From Callorhinchus milii (lineage: Eukaryota): a stretch of DNA of 64,000 bases. The stretch is taken from positions 34,226,001-34,290,000 of the forward strand of contig NW_024704743.1 of the NCBI RefSeq assembly GCF_018977255.1, given 5' to 3'. The notes below the pieces were generated by a model that had not been told where the DNA came from, searched no databases, and saw only the letters and a list, made by a program, of their open reading frames with translations. A program made the translations under genes and the position numbers. This document shows positions 60,841-64,000 of this stretch, piece by piece. Within the stretch, counting starts at the first letter, position 1; every line of letters starts with the position of its first letter.

Positions 60841-63800
60841 TGACTATTTTAAAGCTCCTGGACTTTATTTCCCCTTTATGTATACCGTGGGGCAAAGACT
60901 GACTGGAACGCTAAGTCTAAGGCTATCTAGATTTGTTGCTGTGTTAAAAATTGCAATTGTGGTTTACATTAAGGATGCTGGTTCCCTTTTCTCCTCTGCC
61001 AATGTGGGAAAAACATTTTTTTTAATATTAAAAAAATTGATTTACCATGGCACAAAACCACATCTCCATTTAGCAAGACAGGAGGAATTTGTGAGCAATG
61101 GTAATAACATTAGAAAAACACCATGAAATGATGGGACCCAGGTTCATCCCCCACCCCTCCCCACCCCCACATAAACTCTGCTGAGTTCAGGATCTCAGTT
61201 GCTCTGAGCATAGACCAGGCAACTTGGAAGGAGAACAAGGAAAATGAGGAAAGAAAATAAAAAGATTCAACCCCCAAATAACACTATTGGTACAAAAAGC
61301 ACAAAGGCAGACAGAACTGTTCTGAGGTCTGTTCCTACCAAAATGCTCAAGGCATCTGTAAAGTTGTCTGTTCTACGTGCAACTGTGCTTATCATAAAAC
61401 AGATCCAATGGTTTCTAAAAGTATAGTCTTCTTTATCAGAACTATTCAACAATTTTAGCCCATTCAGTGCTTCCTCTCTCCCATTCCCTGACCGCTGTCA
61501 TGACATGCAGTGTTGCACAGGCTTGTATAAAGTGATGTCATGATCATTTTAGCATACCTTGAAGAAGTAACTTGGACAGTATTATGTTAGTGATAACTCT
61601 TTTAGTGTTGGTCTACAAAATATTGTTTTGGTGTAATTTCCTGTAGCTGTTATATTTTAATATTTGATGTAAAACTGATTGCTCCCAATTGTCAAAGCTA
61701 CTTTTATAGCTAACTTGCAGAGAAGCGATGTTCGGGCACAGTAATAGTGTGACGGAGAACCACATCCCTGTGCTCAATTTGCTTTGAATTTCAAACAAGT
61801 GTCCAGTGTGTGGACTGAACCTTGTTTTTTCAGGGATAAGAAGTCTTCCCCTTTACAACATACTTATTTTGGGGTTGTAAACTTAACATAACAATAGAAA
61901 GGCAAGATGTGAAAAGACCATTTAGGGCATCGTGTTATTAAGGTATCCCCTCTTCCCTTCTCCCGTGCTCAGCGTACAGAACTCTGTCACTATGAAGCAC
62001 TCTGAGACATTATCCTACGTGAAGGCCACTATATAATATGAGCTGTTGTTTTTCAAATGCTTCAACTAATAATAATAAACCTTGCATTTGACATAACAAA
62101 GTGCTTCACAGAATATGCTATAAAGTGAATTGACTGTATATTTTGTGGGCGAAAAAGCCTACATTATCTTCACCGCCAGACAATCTTTTCAAAAAAGGAA
62201 AAAGTCTATAATTTATTCCCTATATCCTGTTAAGCACACTCTTTTCTTATGGGACAATTAATTATATTCTCTTGTTCTCTTCTGATACTGGGGGAAAAAA
62301 CTTTTTACATCCACCCCATAGGTTTAAGTGCATTGTTTCTTCTCTTTAGTCTTTACTACACCAGTGAGCACAAGTTAATAACCCCTCTTAGTCTCTCCAC
62401 AGATCAGCAACCAAATCCCTGACTGTCCAGGGCCTTGGGATACCCTCCTGACATGAAAGGTGCTATACAAATATAATTTGCGTTGTTGTTTTTATCCTCT
62501 CCACACCTCAGCAACTTAAGGCCTTGATCAATTCTTGCTGCCGACTCCAAATATTTCAGATGTCTTCTCAGACTGACTAAAGGTCAGGTGACTAATGGTC
62601 CTGGAGCCGTGTCAAAAAAATGATCACCGAAGTTCAAGCACAAAAAATAAGCAGCAACGGTTAGATGTTAGAAATACTGAAAACCAAAACTTGAAGCAAC
62701 ATGTTGTGCCCTTATATATCTTCATGTATATTTTTAAATTGTTCTCCACCCCAAATGCCTGAACACAATATCTTGGATATCAACCTGGCTCAGTTGGTAG
62801 CACTCTCATCTCTGGGACAATGGGTTGTGGGTTCAAGCCGCATATCAAAACTTTGAGCTAATAAACTAGGCTTGACATTAAAGGTACTATATCAAATGCA
62901 AGGATTATTAGTAGTTCCGCATTACAAATATTTCTAAAAGACAGTATCATATTTTGCAATATGTGCAGCTTAGTACTTCTGAAAGTAATCCCTGTAACTC
63001 TAGCTTCAAATGTACAAATGTCCTCAATATATATTAATATTCAAAGGACAAACATAATAATTCTGCAGGCTAAGTGGGAGGTTATAAAAGAACATCTGAA
63101 ATGTAGTGATTGTCCTACAATTGGCCTCAAATGCCAGGCCAAGGCAGGGAAAAAGGATGAATGAGGCTCCCTATTGCAGTTTGCCATCTACTGACCTACC
63201 TTCTGCCTCCTCTCAATAACATCAACATCAATTTACATGGGTAAATTCACGCGAGTAGTGTCTCAGAGCGCTTTGCCCACTCTCCAGCTCACGTGTGATG
63301 AATAACCACCTGAGTCAATATGTAGAGGATCATCATCTCCGTCACAGAACAGTTGGTGGAAAACTTTTAGGCCTTGCAGTTCCAAAATCAAACTGCTGTA
63401 TTAAAATGCAAAAATGAAGCTGTAGATAGATCTTAGGGTCCTTTGTTGTGAATTTGACCTGAAACAGAAGCAATTATTCCAACACGCTTGCTGTTAAGTG
63501 TTGTGAGTACAGTATAAATAAACAGCCAACTTGGAATGTGTTGTACACAGGATGGCACATGAGCTGAAGTGTGTTACAAAACAGTTAACACATTGAGGGG
63601 TTCGATGATACAAACCACAAAACCTTAGATTTAGCCATCATTAACTCTATGTGACTATAAAAAGGGCTACATCCTTGAAACATGTGCTCTCGGTCTTATT
63701 ATACGGTTGAATTGGGCCTTCCACTATTGGGCCAACTGGTAAAAGCCACTACCTTGTGAGAAATTCAGATTTCAGATTCAGATTTACTAACCAGTTTTAT

Positions 63801-64000
63801 TTGCTAGTTGTGCTGAGCAAGCTGCTCTTAGGGTGAACTGGGAAAAAAAAGTGCTATATCAAATGTAAGGATTATTATTGACCTCCATAGTCCTGAACTA
63901 GATATGCGGAGGTATGGAAAGATATCTGCCAAGGTTCATACTCCTGATCCTTGCTGGTAGACATCAGGTTCCCAATATAATGTCCTGCTAACACTCGTTG

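Overview
Repeat-rich, AT-rich non-coding vertebrate DNA (large intron or intergenic region). The repeat content suggests a cartilaginous fish, possibly a chimaera or elephant shark; this is an inference from family resemblance, not a database result. I recognise no host protein-coding gene, rRNA, true tRNA or CRISPR array. All long ORFs in the track come from L2-clade LINE reverse transcriptase, and most short ones are chance ORFs or SINE read-throughs. The window contains: about a dozen L2 fragments, one with a nearly intact RT region (25090-27308, minus strand); several decayed CR1 fragments; more than 30 copies of tRNA-headed Deu-domain SINEs in three age tiers that share the L2 3' stem-loop; a degenerate palindromic MITE-like family; a small Tc1/mariner MITE; and a few tandem duplications. 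The most interesting signals are: (i) recurrent back-to-back (fold-back) fusions of SINE 3' halves that form long hairpins, one of them later split by nested L2 insertions with readable target-site duplications; (ii) a switch in the SINE 3' loop sequence to match the resident L2 loop; (iii) several hairpins in apparently unique sequence. Repeat boundaries were read by eye and are approximate unless a TSD is quoted.
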